From the NCBI GenBank assembly GCA_002500565.1, contig DLRV01000016.1, forward strand, positions 1-62,974: a stretch of DNA of 62,974 nt, read 5' to 3'. Below, in pieces: positions 1 to 9,413 of the stretch; within the stretch, counting starts at the first letter, position 1, and the number at the start of each line of letters is the position of its first letter. The notes below the pieces were generated by a model. That model saw nothing but the letters and a program-made list of their open reading frames with translations. It did no database searches and was not told the DNA's origin. This DNA comes from Holosporaceae bacterium UBA7879. Its GTDB lineage: Bacteria; Pseudomonadota; Alphaproteobacteria; UBA7879. The position numbers and the translations under genes are program-made.

Positions 1-1993
1 TGGTATGCGTGGTTTGATGGCAAAGCCGTCTGGTGAAATTATTGAAACGCCGGTTATTTCAAACTTTAAAGAAGGTTTGACCGTTTCTGAATACTTTAAC
101 TCAACCCACGGAGCACGGAAAGGTCTATCAGATACAGCTTTGAAAACAGCAAATTCTGGTTACCTTACCCGTCGTCTAGTAGACGTTGCACAAGACTGTG
201 TCATTCATGAAAAAGACTGTGGCACAACCAATTCAATCACTCTAACGGATGTAATGGAAGGTGGTAATATTGTTGTCCCTCTTGGTGAACGTGTACTTGG
301 TCGGACCATTGCTGAAGACGTTATTGACAATGTATCGGGCGAATGTATTGCAAAACGCAACACATTGATTGATGAAGACCTTGCCGATAAGATTGAAAAA
401 AGCGCCGTTGATTCTGTAAAAGTCCGCTCTGTTTTAACGTGTGAAGCTGACAAAGGTATTTGTGCTGCGTGTTATGGTCGTGACCTTGCACGTGGAACGC
501 CTGTTAATGTTGGTGAAGCCGTTGGAATTATTGCTGCCCAATCGATTGGTGAGCCTGGAACACAGTTAACAATGCGTACCTTCCACATCGGGGGTGCTGC
601 GCAAGGTGCTGGTGAAGAGTCTTCATTAGAAAGCCCTTTTGATGGAACAATCAGCTTTAAGAATGAAACCATTCTTGAAAATAAAGATGGCCAGCTCTTA
701 ATTATGAACCGTCACACAGAGCTTGTTATCTTAGACGAACGTCAGTGTGAGAAATATCGCCGCCGCCTAAGTTATGGTACAAAAGTCATGGTAAAAGCTG
801 GTGACAAGGTCTCTAAAGGTCAACTTTTGGCTGAATGGGATCCATTTACTGTGCCCGTTATTTCTGAGGCATCAGGAACCGCTCACTTTGTTGATTTGAT
901 TGAAGGATCGTCCATGCGTGAAGTGACTGATGAAGAAACAGGAATTTCAAACCGTGTCGTGGTTGATTGGCGTCAGCAAACAAAAGGTGTTGATCTGAAG
1001 CCGCGGATTGTTCTGCGCGATGCTAAAGGTAACCCAATCAAGTTTGCTAGCGGTGCGGAAGCCCAATACTACCTCCCGGTTGATACGATCTTGACAGTTG
1101 AAAATAACCAACAAGTCCACCCTGGTGATATCATTGGCCGTGTTCCAAAAGAATCATCTAAAACACGCGATATTACAGGTGGTCTGCCCCGGGTTGTTGA
1201 GCTGTTCGAAGCCCGTATGCCAAAAGACTTTGCTATGATTGCAGAACTTGATGGCCGCGTTGAATTTGGCAAAGATTACAAAGCCAAACGTCGCTTGATC
1301 ATTGTCCCTGAAGGCGATCAAGCACCTATTGAATATCTTGTGCCTAAAGGTAGACACATCGTTGTGCATGAAGGTGACTACGTTAAGAAAGGTGAGATGT
1401 TAATTGAGGGTAGCTTGGTGCCACATGATATCTTGCGAATCCTTGGTGTTGAAGCACTCGCGGACTACATTGTGCAAGAAATTCAATCTGTTTACCGTCT
1501 ACAAGGGGTGCGGATTGATGATAAGCACATTGAGGTAATTACACGCCAAATGCTGCAAAAGCATGAAGTTATTGAGCCTGGTGCTTCACCCTACTCGGTT
1601 GGTGATACTCTTGACGTGACAGATGTTAAACAGATCAACAAGAAACTTGCTGATGAAGGTAAGAAATTAATGACAACGCGTCCAATGCTGCAAGGAATTA
1701 CACGCGCATCATTGCAAACCAAGTCATTTATCTCTGCTGCCTCGTTCCAGGAGACAACACGGGTTCTAACTGAAGCCGCCTCTTCAGGAAAAGTTGATAA
1801 TTTGGTCGGCTTGAAAGAAAACATCATTATTGGTCGATTGGTTCCAGCTGGAACAGGCCATAAAATCGCTGAATACCGCAAGCTATCAGCTGAAAGAGAT
1901 CGTCAAATTTTGGCTGATCAAGCAGCTATAGAAGAAAGCCGCCGCGCTGAGTCTGAAGCTTCAGAGGGCACAGAACAACAAGCCCAAGCATAA
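1..1993 (+). CDS. rpoC: DNA-directed RNA polymerase beta' subunit, C-terminal part (5' end outside window)
   Basis: Bridge helix [32 protein letters not shown], trigger loop [34 protein letters not shown]. Confidence 0.99.
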   Translation, partial: GMRGLMAKPSGEIIETPVISNFKEGLTVSEYFNSTHGARKGLSDTALKTANSGYLTRRLVDVAQDCVIHEKDCGTTNSITLTDVMEGGNIVVPLGERVLGRTIAEDVIDNVSGECIAKRNTLIDEDLADKIEKSAVDSVKVRSVLTCEADKGICAACYGRDLARGTPVNVGEAVGIIAAQSIGEPGTQLTMRTFHIGGAAQGAGEESSLESPFDGTISFKNETILENKDGQLLIMNRHTELVILDERQCEKYRRRLSYGTKVMVKAGDKVSKGQLLAEWDPFTVPVISEASGTAHFVDLIEGSSMREVTDEETGISNRVVVDWRQQTKGVDLKPRIVLRDAKGNPIKFASGAEAQYYLPVDTILTVENNQQVHPGDIIGRVPKESSKTRDITGGLPRVVELFEARMPKDFAMIAELDGRVEFGKDYKAKRRLIIVPEGDQAPIEYLVPKGRHIVVHEGDYVKKGEMLIEGSLVPHDILRILGVEALADYIVQEIQSVYRLQGVRIDDKHIEVITRQMLQKHEVIEPGASPYSVGDTLDVTDVKQINKKLADEGKKLMTTRPMLQGITRASLQTKSFISAASFQETTRVLTEAASSGKVDNLVGLKENIIIGRLVPAGTGHKIAEYRKLSAERDRQILADQAAIEESRRAESEASEGTEQQAQA

Positions 1994-2019
1994 GATTACT
2001 TAGTTAAGCTAGTTCACTT

Positions 2020-2059
2020 TAACCCGCCTTGCCTTAAAAGCATGGTGGGTTATTTTTTT
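2020..2059 (+). terminator. Rho-independent terminator after rpoC
   Basis: AACCCGCCTTGC-cttaaaa-GCATGGTGGGTT stem (with G-U pairs) followed by ATTTTTTT. Confidence 0.75.
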
Positions 2060-2160
2060 GTGAAGTATAATTCTTCGCTACCCATAATCTCAAGATTACC
2101 TTATCTTGACTTAATGAACATTTTAAAACAATATAAGTATAACAGGATGCTTTTGTTTTT

Positions 2161-2664
2161 ATGATCTTTTTCAGAATTAAAACAAATAACTGCTTACGAT
2201 CAATCTTGTTAACTGTTGTTTCAATTTTTCCAACACATTCTAATCCTGATGAAGACATTGAAAAAATATTAAAAAGACCGTTATACCTACACGCCTTCGA
2301 TATTAATTTTAAGCCAAAAGAATGGGATTCAGAAGAACTGCGGAACGTACTTGTTAAGCTAGAAAATCAAGAACCTGTAGTTTCTACGCGTTCTTACACA
2401 CCTGAAAAAAGTACTCAGAAAAAAAGGGGTAAAACTCCTTCACACTTATTAGATTCCAAATCGCCAAAAAAACAGAAGCCTCTTAGTATGAGTAAAATTG
2501 CTATTGCATCTAGAAAAAATCGTGCCCGGAAAAAACTAAGAATGGAGAAAGATCTGGAATATGCCGCACAGCAAAGAGCTGCAGATAGAAAACGATACTT
2601 GAGATTTGTAGAAAAGCAGAAAGAACAAGCGATTAAGGAAAAAAAATCTACTAGAAAATTTTAA
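2161..2664 (+). CDS. Hypothetical exported protein with very basic C-terminal half (candidate effector)
   Basis: 167-aa ORF, N-terminal hydrophobic stretch ending THS, then K/R-rich helices (KKRGK, RKNRARKKLR, ADRKR). Confidence 0.7.
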   Translation: MIFFRIKTNNCLRSILLTVVSIFPTHSNPDEDIEKILKRPLYLHAFDINFKPKEWDSEELRNVLVKLENQEPVVSTRSYTPEKSTQKKRGKTPSHLLDSKSPKKQKPLSMSKIAIASRKNRARKKLRMEKDLEYAAQQRAADRKRYLRFVEKQKEQAIKEKKSTRKF

Positions 2665-2759
2665 AGAGCTTGAAAGCACATCATAGTTTTGAAGTGCTAC
2701 CATATCAACATATCAGAGCTCACTTTTCCAGATAAATTAATTTTATATTAATTTTTATA

Positions 2760-2788
2760 TTGACATCAAAAACATCCTTTAGTATAAG
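2760..2788 (+). promoter_or_regulatory. sigma70-type promoter
   Basis: TTGACA-N17-TATAAG. Confidence 0.6.
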
Positions 2789-2796
2789 ATACAAGA

Positions 2797-2979
2797 TTGG
2801 GTAGTTTTTTTATGCTTTGTCTTTTTGATCACGCAATTAGTATTAAAGTCGCCCTATCTTTTGCTTTCCTTATTTTTTCTTTCTTTTTATCATATAGCCT
2901 TGATTTTGATAAAGTTAATGATGCACTAATTCCGCTTAGCCATGGGTTAGATGTTAATTTTGAGCCAGGTACAAAATAA
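2797..2979 (+). pseudogene. Short ORF, probable truncated paralog of the 2161..2664 gene
   Basis: Signal-like hydrophobic stretch then DFDKVNDALIPLSHGLDVNFEP, resembling DEDIEKILKRPLYLHAFDINFKP of the upstream ORF; stops right after. Confidence 0.45.
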
Positions 2980-2980
2980 A

Positions 2981-3784
2981 ATGACCTTAAAAATTCTACT
3001 AATACTAATCCTATCACCAATTTATTGGCTCTGGGCTCAATCGCATATTGCCATTTACAAAGATGAAGGCATTACTGATTTTACCTTGCAACATGTGAGC
3101 CATGCACTTCAACAACTTGATGAAAATTTTAAAATATCCTCTGTTAATGCCGATCAAATTAAAAACGGTTTCTTAGAAACCGAAGCGGTCGATCTTTTGG
3201 TAATTCCAGGGGGCGCCGATCGATTTTATGCTAAAAAATTAGACGGCCCTGGCAACCAAAAAATACGAGAATTTATTAAAAATGGTGGCAGTTATCTGGG
3301 GCTATGTGCTGGAGGTTACTACGGAACGCGCCGCGTGGTTTTTGACAAAGGGGGCAAACTGGAGGTTATTGGTGACCGAGAACTGGCTTTTTTTAAGGGA
3401 CAATCAATAGGACCTCTTCATCCCTATCAATATGGTAAGTTTACCGGTGCTCGCGCTAAAACATTGATGATAAAAAATCACGAAACTATTGATGCTTATT
3501 ACAACGGTGGTTGTTATTTTAAGCCTGATCCTGACTTTAAAGATTTTGAAACATTAGCAACCTACCAAAGTGGTAAAATAGCAATTGTAAAAATGAATTT
3601 TGGGCGTGGCCGCGTGGCTTTATCTGGGGTTCATTTTGAATATGATCCTGAATACTTTGGTCAAAACGCTGCCCCTGATAAGAATTTAAATAATATTTTG
3701 AAAACTCTTAAACAGAAAAATGATCAGCGCAAAGCTTTTTTCAGGGAGTTGGTTGAGTACTTATTGAGAAAAACTAAACCTTAA
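2981..3784 (+). CDS. BPL_N (biotin-protein-ligase N-terminal-like) class I glutamine-amidotransferase-fold protein
   Basis: LVIPGGAD, GGSYLGLCAGGYYG nucleophile elbow, SGVHFEY His-x-Glu; ATG at 2981 preferred over TTG at 2951. Confidence 0.85.
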   Translation: MTLKILLILILSPIYWLWAQSHIAIYKDEGITDFTLQHVSHALQQLDENFKISSVNADQIKNGFLETEAVDLLVIPGGADRFYAKKLDGPGNQKIREFIKNGGSYLGLCAGGYYGTRRVVFDKGGKLEVIGDRELAFFKGQSIGPLHPYQYGKFTGARAKTLMIKNHETIDAYYNGGCYFKPDPDFKDFETLATYQSGKIAIVKMNFGRGRVALSGVHFEYDPEYFGQNAAPDKNLNNILKTLKQKNDQRKAFFRELVEYLLRKTKP

Positions 3785-4065
3785 ATGGTACTTTCTCATC
3801 AATTATATGATTTTCAGCCCTGAACTTTCGGGACTTTTTATAATTAGATTCAACCTGAAATATAAAAAACAAAAAAGATTCCAAACAAATAAATGATTTG
3901 AAAAGATCTTTTGAACCCGCATGATAGATTCGAAGTGCCCGTTCAAATAAGTCATCCTTTATAGAAATCTATCTCATATCTTGGAAAATCTTAACAAGAC
4001 AAACAACCTTAGAAAAAACTTTGAAATAGTGTTCTTAAATTCACTAATTAACAAAGATCGCCCTT

Positions 4066-4752
4066 CTAGGTAAGCAACTTTTCTATTCTAGCCAAATCTT
4101 TCTCAAGGAACTTTTTGGCTCCGCGATAATTTTGAATGTGATAGTCTCGGCGTTTATTGGGAGAGAGTTCTTGGTAACGCTCAATTAATTTTTTTGCCAT
4201 TCTTTTCTCTATGGCAAGTTGTTTTTTTGCACCTTTGGTTTCTGCTCCATTATTTATAAGAAGCTTAATACCTTCAAACCATGCATTGCTTACACCTTTT
4301 CGAATTCCTTTGAAATAATTAGTTAGGGGAGTTTCCTTATCATATAATTGTGGAGCATTTACGTTGGCGCCATAAAACAACCAGCGCTCAAGAACATATT
4401 TGTTAGAAAAGCTATTGGGGGGTAGAGATGAAATTCCCCCTGCATCTACAGTTGCACCATTTTTAATTAGAAAATCTACCATATCTGCAGTTTGGGCATA
4501 CCGAGCAGGATATTCTCCTTTAGGGTAGTTCCCATTTAAATTTAATCCCATATCAATATAATGTTTAACTGTTGAAAAATCATCTGCTCGTATAGCATCA
4601 ATAAAATTCATAACGCGTTGAAGTTTTAGTTTTCCATCTAATTGAGAGATATTTGCTCTCTCTGAGGGATAATTCTCCCCAGCACAGCCAATCAACAAAC
4701 AAACCATAAATAAAAAGGAGAAATTCCACAAACGATATAAGTTCATAAACAT
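4066..4752 (-). CDS. Ankyrin-repeat lipoprotein
   Basis: Lipobox LLIGC; ankyrin-like units VKHYIDMGLNLN, MVDFLIKNGATVD, LFYGANVNAPQLYDKETPL, IKLLINNGA. Confidence 0.8.
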   Translation of the reverse strand: MFMNLYRLWNFSFLFMVCLLIGCAGENYPSERANISQLDGKLKLQRVMNFIDAIRADDFSTVKHYIDMGLNLNGNYPKGEYPARYAQTADMVDFLIKNGATVDAGGISSLPPNSFSNKYVLERWLFYGANVNAPQLYDKETPLTNYFKGIRKGVSNAWFEGIKLLINNGAETKGAKKQLAIEKRMAKKLIERYQELSPNKRRDYHIQNYRGAKKFLEKDLARIEKLLT

Positions 4753-4945
4753 ATGTTATTAAAATTTTTAATCACATTATCATCTTAAAAAGAGTTTGTA
4801 TTAAAATATACATATTTTTAAGAGTGATTAATTACTTAAAACTCAGTTTTTTAACCTCACAATATTCAACCCAAAATTTAAAAACAAAAATGATTCTAAC
4901 CAAATCAATGTCTTGATTTGCTAACTTCAAAAATAAGGAGAAATT

Positions 4946-5773
4946 ATGAAATTACTTTACGGGCTGCTTTTACTGCTCTGCAGCAACATGTTGAACGCAC
5001 TTGACATCAAGCAAGCGCATAACTTCAAGGAAGTTTATCAGATTATTGCAAATAAAAATTTTGATCCCTCTAAAACCATGCTGGCAATCGATATTGATTT
5101 AACTTTAACCATAGCTAACCATCCTGCTTTGGATTTGCCAAACTATCTGCAACACAAAAAAATTTTTGAACGCATCATAAAAGGATTAAGCGCCCTGGAA
5201 ATTGAAAAAATGTTCACGCACGGAATTATGTTAGCCGGACAATCTATTTTAGACCCTGACAGTCTAGATGTTGTTGAAAAGTTTAAGCAACAAGGATTCA
5301 GACCCATTGGTTTCACCGCGAGCATTATTGGCCCTTTAAGTGGGATAAAAGCTATTGAAACGATGCGAACCCAAACCCTAGATATTTTAGGATTTAAATT
5401 TAAGGATGCCCTGGTTCAGAAAAAAATTTCTTTAGAAGAAATCCCGCCTTATAACAATCAAGTACCTATGTATTACAAAGGGGTTTTATTTGCTAATGGC
5501 GGCCGGGCTCCACACAATAAGGGAGATGTGATAACAGCCTTTCTTAAAAAAACAGAGCAAAAACCAAAAGTTTTTATAATAATTGATGATCGGCGAAAGA
5601 ATATTGAAGAAATTGGTCAGGCGCTTAAAGATTATGATCCAGGGATTGACGTTTTGGGGATTGAATATACCTACGCCCATGGTCTGACCAAAGGATTACT
5701 AAGTGCAGAAGAATTTGAAAGGTTTTGGCAAACCATTCGACAGCAACTCGTTGATGCAAAGGATATTAAATGA
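4946..5773 (+). CDS. DUF2608-like HAD-superfamily protein with signal peptide
   Basis: HAD motif I AIDIDLTL, KG motif, motif IV IIIDDRRKN; AAGGAG RBS; N-terminal signal ending LNA. Confidence 0.8.
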   Translation: MKLLYGLLLLLCSNMLNALDIKQAHNFKEVYQIIANKNFDPSKTMLAIDIDLTLTIANHPALDLPNYLQHKKIFERIIKGLSALEIEKMFTHGIMLAGQSILDPDSLDVVEKFKQQGFRPIGFTASIIGPLSGIKAIETMRTQTLDILGFKFKDALVQKKISLEEIPPYNNQVPMYYKGVLFANGGRAPHNKGDVITAFLKKTEQKPKVFIIIDDRRKNIEEIGQALKDYDPGIDVLGIEYTYAHGLTKGLLSAEEFERFWQTIRQQLVDAKDIK

Positions 5774-6978
5774 GAAATAGCTTGAAATATGACAACCGGC
5801 TTGATTGGTTTAGCCGAGTAAAACAACTCAGCTTTACAAGTTTTACGACTCTGATCGTAACAACATTTGTGCTTACTAGTCTTTTGGCCGGGCCGGGTGA
5901 CACGAGTGAATTGAGTGAAGAGCATTTAGCTGTTGTTAGCAGTTATCAAAAAGCCATTTCTGAGGTTGAGAGCTTTGAAACACGTACTCTTTCAACAAGT
6001 TTGGCTTCAGGCTTGCGCTGGGATCAAGAATCAGCAAAATGGCAAACATTTCATAGTAATCCAGGCATTGCTGTCTTACGAATTTTTCAAGATCGAGAGT
6101 CAGATAACCAATACATTATTGCGGGTGATCGCTTTGGTAGTAAGCAATTGAAGGCTAGCATTAGCGGCGGTATTGACCCCGACAAAGATCAGCGATTGAG
6201 TGATGTTTATAATAGAGAGTTGAAAGAGGAATATTTTGGATACTTGCCAGTTAAGGAAAGCCGAACTTTAACTGCTAATTCAACTCTTTCAAAAGCCAGA
6301 GATTTTGTTGTACTGGGTGGATTTGAAACGCCTGAAATGACTGTGAGTGTAACAGCTATGAACACAATACTGGCTGAATATGAAGATGCTGCAGTGGCAC
6401 CGCTCACCCAAATTGATCCTCTCTCCTTCCAGCTAACACATGCTGGCTGGGGTCCTTGTTTTACCTGGGTAGAATTAGAAGTTGGCTATAATATTGCAGA
6501 GCTGACTCAAGCTTTAAAGATCATGAATCAAAATGCTGACCTGCATTGTCCTGTAGCTAATTTTTATCATAGATATGAAAGCAAAGCGGTAGCTGAAAGG
6601 CAACAAGGTGCAACTGATCTATTGAAAGTATGGACAACTGCTTTGGAGAAAGATCAGGAAGATAAACCAATTCCTTTACATGAGAAAGTCATGCAGCATT
6701 TGAAGGAGATTACTGAAAATGGTGATGCTGCTCTACCCGATGGTTTTGATACCGGGTTTGATTTTGCCAAACGCTATGTGCACGACTACACCGAATATAA
6801 ATCATTTCATCTTATCCCTTTGGATGATTGGTTAAGATTTATTGCCACCAAGAAGAAATCAGGTACGGGCGGTGAAAAATTTTTTTTACCAGGTTTGGAA
6901 GAATATCAGCTGTTTACAGGGTTTGGTGCTGATCAATGGTTTAATCAGCACCTATCCGAAATTGCTGCAAAAATTTGA
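5770..6978 (+). CDS. Exported protein with Nudix-like box
   Basis: GGIDPDKDQRLSDVYNRELKEEYFG resembles GX5EX7REUXEEXGU; hydrophobic N-terminal segment; ATGA overlap with upstream gene. Confidence 0.65.
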   Translation: MRNSLKYDNRLDWFSRVKQLSFTSFTTLIVTTFVLTSLLAGPGDTSELSEEHLAVVSSYQKAISEVESFETRTLSTSLASGLRWDQESAKWQTFHSNPGIAVLRIFQDRESDNQYIIAGDRFGSKQLKASISGGIDPDKDQRLSDVYNRELKEEYFGYLPVKESRTLTANSTLSKARDFVVLGGFETPEMTVSVTAMNTILAEYEDAAVAPLTQIDPLSFQLTHAGWGPCFTWVELEVGYNIAELTQALKIMNQNADLHCPVANFYHRYESKAVAERQQGATDLLKVWTTALEKDQEDKPIPLHEKVMQHLKEITENGDAALPDGFDTGFDFAKRYVHDYTEYKSFHLIPLDDWLRFIATKKKSGTGGEKFFLPGLEEYQLFTGFGADQWFNQHLSEIAAKI

Positions 6979-7058
6979 ACAGTTATTACCAACATCGATT
7001 GCAGAAGTTGGCTTAAATAATAATTTAGTCGCGAAGAAAAGATTGGCGACTCACAAAC

Positions 7059-7634
7059 TTAGGCTAGCAACCCCCGATAATGATTCATTCTCTCATTGAA
7101 TAGGTCAGGGTTGTCTACATATTGCTTGTAAATTTCAAGCTGCTCTCTGATAGGACGATCTGTAAAAGGATAAATGATTTGGGCGTTCTTATTGTTTTTT
7201 CTCTCAGTGCGTGGAGTTGTCGGCAAATAAAAAATATCATTACACAAGAAATTCATAAAAGGCTGAAGCTGATCATAAAGTCCTTTAAAAGCACCTGTAT
7301 CAATATTGCCATTTACCCGTCCAAGGCCAAAGTGCAGCGGAAAATCGTCATGTCTATAATTTAAATGTCCATGACCCTGGTGGGTTAAAGAGCATCTTGG
7401 TAGACTATCAAACATGGTTTTAAGATCTGAATGTTTATAATTAGTTTGTCTATTTTTTATATGATCATGATAAGCCATTGTAAAAGGTTTCATATGTTTC
7501 TCATAAACTTGTTTCATTTGAATCAGCTGACCTTGCATTTCTTCATCAGATGGAAAATTATTAGGTAGCGCATTTAACTGAACAAAGCATATTAGAACTA
7601 AAAATAGCCCTGGTAATTTTGATAAATTTTTCAT
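7059..7634 (-). CDS. Exported hypothetical protein with HicA-like central segment
   Basis: Signal peptide ending LNA; residues ~65-123 pattern-match HicA (see findings). Confidence 0.6.
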   Translation of the reverse strand: MKNLSKLPGLFLVLICFVQLNALPNNFPSDEEMQGQLIQMKQVYEKHMKPFTMAYHDHIKNRQTNYKHSDLKTMFDSLPRCSLTHQGHGHLNYRHDDFPLHFGLGRVNGNIDTGAFKGLYDQLQPFMNFLCNDIFYLPTTPRTERKNNKNAQIIYPFTDRPIREQLEIYKQYVDNPDLFNERMNHYRGLLA

Positions 7635-7859
7635 TTCTAATCCTTTAAATTATAATAATTATAAGTTAAATTTTATTTCTGTAAATTTAAATCCCGTAAA
7701 AATATGGGATACTGAACTAAAACACTTTGTACCAAGAAAATAGTTATAAATTAAGAAAATCTTCGAGAGTAATAATTGCAAAAGTAAATTCTTCATTAAT
7801 AAGCATTGACTATTGAATTTTTAATATGACGCCCTATATAACCAAAAAAGGAAAAAATT

Positions 7860-8684
7860 ATGAATAAAACTTTATTTTCTAATCTGGCTTTACTAGCCAT
7901 TATATTAGCTATCAATATTAATGCTGTTGGCGATGAAGTTGACCCTGAAACAGATGCATTAATCGCTCGATTAATGCAAGAAGAATATAAAAAAGCTAGT
8001 AAAAGATATGGCGCTTTTGATCAGAGTCAGATTGAGCAGGCTATTCAACTTTCCTTACAAGACGCACAAGCTGGTGGTGGAGGTGGCGCAGCTGCTGCGA
8101 CAGCTAATCCCAGTGGTGCAGCGGCTGCTGCTCGTGCGGGCTCCTCTTCAACTGACTTTACGACACAAATCCATCAAGGTGGCGAAATGGATCCTGTGAA
8201 ATATTTAGCGTTCTGTCAAAAACTCCAGGCTTTAGATATTGATACAAGAAAACAATTTCTGATAAGTGGGCAATATTCGGCTACAACTTTAGGCTTTAAT
8301 GATCAAGCTGCTGATGAGATTTATACTGCTCATTTTGCTTCTCTTACTGCCGAAAGTGGCTCTGATAAAGCTGAAGAACCTTATAAGTATACTGAATGGG
8401 ATTTCAACGCTTTTGCAAAACTTTCAGAATATATGTATCAAACAAAACAACTAACAGCAATTAATTTTAGAGATTCTAAAAGTGACGCGTTCAGCGGTGA
8501 AATTACCAAGATTGTAAATTTTGTAACAGGCCAGGCTTATATTTATAGGGCTAAAACATCAGATCATCGCTTAAAAAAACTTCAAGAATACAAAAGTGTA
8601 TACGATAAGTTTTATACAATGGCTCAATCTTCTAAGAAAGAAGTAGAAAGGGTATTAGCAGAAATTTTTAAAGACTTATTCTAG
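7860..8684 (+). CDS. Exported protein with MIU and UIM ubiquitin-binding motifs (candidate effector)
   Basis: Signal peptide ending INA; DALIARLMQEE (MIU-like); IEQAIQLSLQD (UIM); Gly/Ala linker. Confidence 0.7.
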   Translation: MNKTLFSNLALLAIILAININAVGDEVDPETDALIARLMQEEYKKASKRYGAFDQSQIEQAIQLSLQDAQAGGGGGAAAATANPSGAAAAARAGSSSTDFTTQIHQGGEMDPVKYLAFCQKLQALDIDTRKQFLISGQYSATTLGFNDQAADEIYTAHFASLTAESGSDKAEEPYKYTEWDFNAFAKLSEYMYQTKQLTAINFRDSKSDAFSGEITKIVNFVTGQAYIYRAKTSDHRLKKLQEYKSVYDKFYTMAQSSKKEVERVLAEIFKDLF

Positions 8685-8701
8685 AAATCGACGACATTTT
8701 T

Positions 8702-8731
8702 AGCCCTTCCATTGATGGAGGGGCTTTTTTT
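8702..8731 (+). terminator. Rho-independent terminator
   Basis: AGCCCTTCCA-ttga-TGGAGGGGCT followed by a T run, between convergent genes. Confidence 0.85.
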
Positions 8732-8761
8732 GCAAAACACTAAAAGTGCTTCTCTTCTAAA

Positions 8762-9289
8762 CTATCTACGGCTCTTTATAGCCGCGCCACTGTGACGGCG
8801 TAGACCTGAATTAATCAAATTCCCCTCTTCGTCTGTTTGTGTGGATCTTTGGTAATTGTTAAGGGTTTCATGAATGGCATTCACTAGATATTTGGCGCGG
8901 GGAATAACAATTTTTTCAAGAAGGTTTTTCATGCCTGGCTCTGTTTTTTTGTGACCCGCCGCACGCTCCATCCAGACATATGTACTTTCCATCTCACCAA
9001 GAAATTTTTTTAATAGGCTGCTAGGAATATATTGCAAGCGCTGTTTGATATCTTGTTTGCTTAATAACATCAGAAGAGCCATGGATTCGTGAAAAGAATC
9101 TTTTTCTAGTTTTGTATGCGCCGCATTTAACTTTTTAAGTTCTACGCAATCAGCATCGCTATCCCCAAACTGTTTGGGATTACGGCGAATAGCAGGCTCT
9201 GTTTGTCTGCTTTTTGCTTTTTGTGACCAACTTTCTGCCATGCACAAAGACGTAAAGAATAAGGTAGATAAAATGAGAAAATGTTTCAT
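8762..9289 (-). CDS. Exported hypothetical protein
   Basis: 175-aa ORF with classic signal peptide MKHFLILSTLFFTSLCMA. Confidence 0.7.
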   Translation of the reverse strand: MKHFLILSTLFFTSLCMAESWSQKAKSRQTEPAIRRNPKQFGDSDADCVELKKLNAAHTKLEKDSFHESMALLMLLSKQDIKQRLQYIPSSLLKKFLGEMESTYVWMERAAGHKKTEPGMKNLLEKIVIPRAKYLVNAIHETLNNYQRSTQTDEEGNLINSGLRRHSGAAIKSRR

Positions 9290-9413
9290 AAACTAGATCC
9301 CTGAAATAATAAAAACTATAGTATCATTTTCAATATTGGAATCACAGAAAAAATAAGATGAATGCCTTGACCCCTTCTCGATTACAACAGTATGCTATTA
9401 AAAATTTGAGGAC

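Noticed and set aside
3785-4065. 280-bp gap between convergent genes as a possible pseudogene or sRNA
   Set aside because: Only short ORFs with no recognisable similarity and no convincing promoter-hairpin-terminator set.
8762-8820. Basic C-terminus RRHSGAAIKSRR as a type IV secretion signal
   Set aside because: Too weak a pattern; the protein has a Sec signal and no T4SS genes are in view.
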